From contig OZ024740.1 of assembly GCA_964016885.1 (NCBI GenBank), forward strand, positions 387,562,001-387,626,000: a stretch of 64,000 nt of DNA. The letters run 5' to 3'. Made by a program: the position numbers and the translations under genes. This DNA is from Eledone cirrhosa (lineage: Eukaryota). Of the stretch, positions 59,636-64,000 are shown in pieces (the first letter of the stretch is position 1; each line of letters opens with the position of its first letter). The notes under the pieces were generated by a model. The model did not search any database, was not told where the DNA came from, and saw nothing but the letters and a program-made list of their open reading frames with translations.

Positions 59636-61122
59636 TATTTGTACCGTGATGATGGTCTTTTGACCATGACTAAGTGCGACCCACGTGCTTGCGACAGGTT
59701 CAGAAAAGAACTCACAGCCTTCTTTAAAGGCTTCAACCTTTCTATACAGGTTGAGACCAACCTCTCGGTCGTTAATTACCTCGACGTTACCCTCAATTTT
59801 TCGAATGGCTTGTATTACCCGTATAGAAAGCCGAATGATACACTTAATTACATAAGTAAGCATTCTAACCATCCTGCCAGCATAACCAAGAACCTGGTAA
59901 GAAACGTTTCTTTGAAGCTTTCTCGTCTATCTACTAACGAGCATATTTTCAACGACCATTCCACATATTACAATGAAGCTCTTGCTCGGAGTGGATTTGT
60001 CGATAAGGTGGCATATACAGAGTACGAGAATAGACCTAGAAGAAATAGATCCAGACGCATTATATGGTATAACCCACCATATAATATGGAGGTGGCCACA
60101 CCATTAGCTAAGATATTTCTCTCCCTTATTACGAAGCATTTTCCCCCTACACATAAATATAGTAAAATTTTTAATAGAAATACTATTAAAATTTCTTACT
60201 CTACGACTCCTAACCTTGCACATAACATCACAGCTTCAAATTTAGCTAAACTACCGAGCCGTAGGAAAACGTGCAACCCTGTAGTTAGTACTAACTGTAA
60301 TTGTAGGAATCGGGTTGATTGCCCGCTATCCGGGAAATGCCTCTCTAGTAACATTGTCTACAAATGTAAGGTTGAAACACCCACGTTCCGTAGGGTCTAC
60401 ATAGGGTTAACCGCCAATAGATTCAAGCAGCGTCTTTACATGCATACCCATTCTTTTCGTTACCCTCTAAGAAGGAATATGACGTCACTTTCAGCTTATA
60501 TCTGGAGTCTAAAAGACAACCACACCCAATATAAGTTACACTGGGAGATCCTAGCTAGGGCTATATCGTATAACAGAAATAAAAGACCATGTGACATCTG
60601 TGCCGCTGAGGCCCTGGAAATACTCTACGCCACAGACCACATCTTAAACAAACATTCTGAGGTAATTTCGGCTTGTAAACATAAATTGCACAAAACTTTC
60701 CTGTATTACAGCCCCACATTATACCCTAACGGATAGTACGATCTATACGCGGATATTTTACGTCTTGATGTGGTAGCTAAGTATATGTTATGTTTATACC
60801 ATTACTTATTTTCATAGGTAAGTATATATTACCTCTATGTTTTGTGAAGGTACGTATACTTTCTCGTACGTATATTTGATTGTATATGTTATGGCCTATA
60901 TTTTATATATTCTGGTACATATGCTTTTGGTTATGTGTATACGTGAATTTTGCGTCTGTATGAGTATGCGGGTTCGTACGTATGTAGAGTATGTGTATAT
61001 GTGTACTTCGTGTTTTGGTTGACGTACGTCTCCGAACATATGTGTATTTACATGTAGGTATGCGTGTGCGCTTGTTATATACGTATTTATTTATTTATAT
61101 ACGTTTATTTAATTATTTGTAT

Positions 61123-61214
<92 letters not shown>

Positions 61215-61800
61215 TTATATGTGCGTGTATTTGTATACCTATGGCAAGTGTTTTCACGTATGCTTATGTATGTACGTATATGGATGTGTATGTATTTATT
61301 TAATTTCAATTACCTCTGTATTTTATTTACTTTATTCTTAACTCTGAAGCCGAGAATCATTCGGTTTCCTGGTTAGAATTTTAGTCTACGACTTCAGTTA
61401 TACCATTTAAGTGGTTTTGTCTTTGCGTGCAATTGTTCTCCACGATCCACATATGACGTATTATCTTCGTTTTTTCCGTTCATTGCCAGAGAACGTCTCT
61501 ATGAACCACCTAAGAGAATATTAGTCTACGACTTCTTTTATACCATAAACGTGGTTCTGTCTTTGCGTGTAATTGTTTTTCACCGCTCCAAACAATGACG
61601 TATTATATTCGTTTTTTCCCGTTCTTTGCCAGCAAACGTTTCCACGAACCAAAGTATCGTCTTCCTGTCTTCCTTCAGTTGTAACGTTTTTTGAAATATT
61701 CACTTCTGTGTTCACAGATTGATTTTGTTAGTTTCAGCAGATCCCGTTAAGGGTGAAAGCGGCGATTCTTTGCTTAAACTTTAATCTGTTATTTTAATAA
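59636..61800 (+). mobile_element. PLE family B, 5'-truncated, with open RT C-terminal half plus GIY-YIG frame (59636-60736)
   Basis: LYRDDGL, VNYLDV, SNHP, IIWYNPPY, CNCRNRVDCPLSGKCL..NIVYKC..VYIGLT..RLYMH, CDICAAE. 3' UTR with ~125-bp subrepeats and a decayed HHR at about 61730-61780. Confidence 0.88.
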
Positions 61801-61859
61801 ATCTATATCTATATCTATATATATATATATATATATATATATAGATATAGATAGGTAAA

Positions 61860-62290
61860 TATACACGGGTATGTATGATTGTGTATAGAAGATTATATTA
61901 ATAAGAGGAATTCCAACTTTGTCTGATTTACTCGTTTTATTTACAATCCTTTAAAATATATAATGGTATTATAATGAAATAGTATGATAGAATATTAAAT
62001 TCTAAGTGTTAATTGAACAAGTACTTTCATGCTTTCGCAATCTTCAGGTTCATAATATGTGGTGACAGTCGAGTTTGCAATTTTCAATTTTCACAGTTGA
62101 AAATTGCAAACTCAACTGTCACCACATATTATGAACCTGAAGATTGCGAAAGCATGAAAGTACTTGTTCAATTAACACTTAGAATTTAATATTCTATCAT
62201 ACTATTTCATTATAATACCATTATATATTTTAAAGGATTGTAAATAAAACGAGTAAATCAGACAAAGTTGGAATTCCTCTTATTAATATA
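61860..62290. mobile_element. ~195-bp inverted pair of pLTR-like termini, each with a hammerhead
   Basis: 61894-62087 is the inverse of 62097-62290. HHR tgaac-CTGAAGA-t tgc gaaa gca t-GAAA-gtac-TT-gttca at 62132-62170 (+) and 62014-62052 (-). Confidence 0.85.
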
Positions 62291-62358
62291 TATATATATA
62301 TATATACATGCACACACATACATACAAAATACACATACGTACACACAATTACATACAC

Positions 62359-62425
<67 letters not shown>

Positions 62426-62449
62426 AAAAGACACTACATGCATACGCAT

Positions 62450-62605
62450 GTCCAGAAATAGCCGTCGAAACGGCTTGAGTTCTGCCGTCGGGGTCTTGAA
62501 CATTTTCCTATGACCCACTCTACTACCCTAAGTATTGAGTACTCTGGAGTCCAGAAATAGCCGTCGAAACGGCTTGAGCTCTGCCGTCGGGATCTTGAAC
62601 ATTTT
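62450..62605 (+). repeat. ~56-bp direct repeat at 99-bp spacing with a half-hammerhead motif
   Basis: gtccagaaatagccgtcGAAAcggc...gccgTCggg occurs at 62450 and 62549. A related sequence lies at about 54680-54780. Confidence 0.6.
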
Positions 62606-62620
62606 CATATATATATATAC

Positions 62621-62845
62621 AGTATAAACAATGTTTCATACACTTAAAATGTATGTGCGACTATTGGTTTCGGGGTCCAGTTATGGCCACCATAGTATAT
62701 TGGAGGAGGCACTCCCATAACTGGACCCCGAAACCAATAGTCGCACATACATGTTAAGTGTATGAAACATTGTTTATACTAAATAAGCTCTCTTGCAACA
62801 AATTGAGCATTGTTCTCCTTGATCTTTCATCTACGGATTCCTTTA
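62621..62845. repeat. inverted pair (~66-bp arms) with one-sided tail, in (TA)n
   Basis: 62621-62687 is the inverse of 62716-62780. The right arm extends a further ~65 bp. Confidence 0.8.
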
Positions 62846-62861
62846 CATATATGTATATATA

Positions 62862-63021
<160 letters not shown>

Positions 63022-63400
63022 TACACACACAGACAGAGACAGAGACAGATATATAAGTAAATACGTCTTTATTTAATACTACTATATTTACAAAGATAAA
63101 TAGATCGTAATTTACTTGTAGTTGCTTGATGTACATATTACCTGATGAAGACACCAATTAGAGTTGAAAATATATAATTTTTTTATTTACGTAGACATAC
63201 GTAAATTTGATATGCTTACAGGTAAATATACTCAACATATATTTATATATACATTTACGTAATCTAATCTAAACATTGTACTTCATACTTGCAAGTATAA
63301 TTTTAATGTATAGGTGTGGGTGTAGGTGTTTTAGCAGTAGCACCAACACAGCGTGATTCAGATTAGATGTGTATATGGACTATATAATAAACATATATAA

Positions 63401-64000
63401 CAGTGGTTTCCCACTTTTGTGCACCATGCCCTACCTCAACATCTAAAAAATTGCTATTGCCCCTCAACCTTTGATATGAAGACAGCAATGATCAACTACA
63501 AAGTGTAAACAAATTGATGTATAGGTGGTGTCAGATGCACAATAACGTATGTGGAGGAGGTGAGGCAGGAGTTTCTGATAGTAATATGTACCATATAGGT
63601 GGTGTCAGATACGTACTGTAACATGTATGGTGGAGGAGGTGAGAGGAGTTTCTGATAGTAATGTGTACCATATAGGTGGTGTCAGATACGTACAGTAACG
63701 TATGTGTGGTGGAGAAGGTGAGAGGAGTTTCTGATAGTAATGTGTACCATATAGGTGGTGCCAGATACGCACAATAACGTATGTGGAGGAGGTGAGGCAG
63801 GAGTTTCTGATAGTAATGTGTACCATATAGGTGGTGTCAGCTACACACAGTAACGTATGTGGAGGAGGTGAGACAAGAGTTTCTGATAGTAATGTGTACC
63901 AAAGTTGCTTTGTGTAAAAGTAATAAGGTAAAACTTGAAATTTGTTCTCATTAACATCATTTTAAAATGGCCCCCCTTAAATATTCAAATTGCCCCCTGT
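63401..64000. mobile_element. probable hAT-type MITE carrying a ~76-bp minisatellite x5 (63521-63900), running off the window end
   Basis: Starts CAGTGGTTTCCCA. Units begin ataggtggtg at 63521, 63595, 63672, 63751 and 63827. Confidence 0.55.

Noticed and set aside
63521-63900. Regularly spaced repeats as a CRISPR-like array (also 7852-8145 and the family B ~125-bp subrepeats)
   Set aside because: Whole units repeat with no unique spacers, there are no cas genes, and the context is eukaryotic.

Overview
AT-rich animal (metazoan) genomic DNA. The SINE family, microsatellite load and repeat mix suggest a cephalopod such as Octopus, but this is inference only. I find no convincing host gene, only one possible small exon. 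The window is a dense pile of transposable elements separated by (TA)n, (CA)n and (CT)n arrays. It contains at least 7 families of Penelope-like elements (PLEs; reverse transcriptase (RT) plus C-terminal GIY-YIG), one near-complete with only two stop codons, as well as RTE, Dong/R4 and CR1-type LINE copies, tRNA-derived SINEs with target-site duplications (TSDs), two nested Merlin-like MITEs, a hAT-like shell, a Tc1/pogo-like MITE, and a Helitron-like PIF1 helicase fused to a USP (peptidase C19) domain. The main hidden structure is about 25 type I hammerhead ribozyme (HHR) motifs on both strands. They lie in PLE terminal repeats (pLTRs) and in non-coding 428-bp and 538-bp tandem units that resemble retrozymes. 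These insertions repeatedly form 'tails-out' inverted pairs inside (TA)n with offset termini, include an apparent cross-family chimera, and show a 16-mer stutter at a predicted ribozyme cleavage site. A histone-type 3' stem-loop sits in both TIRs of the outer Merlin-like element. All structures were read by eye, so boundaries may be off by a few bases.
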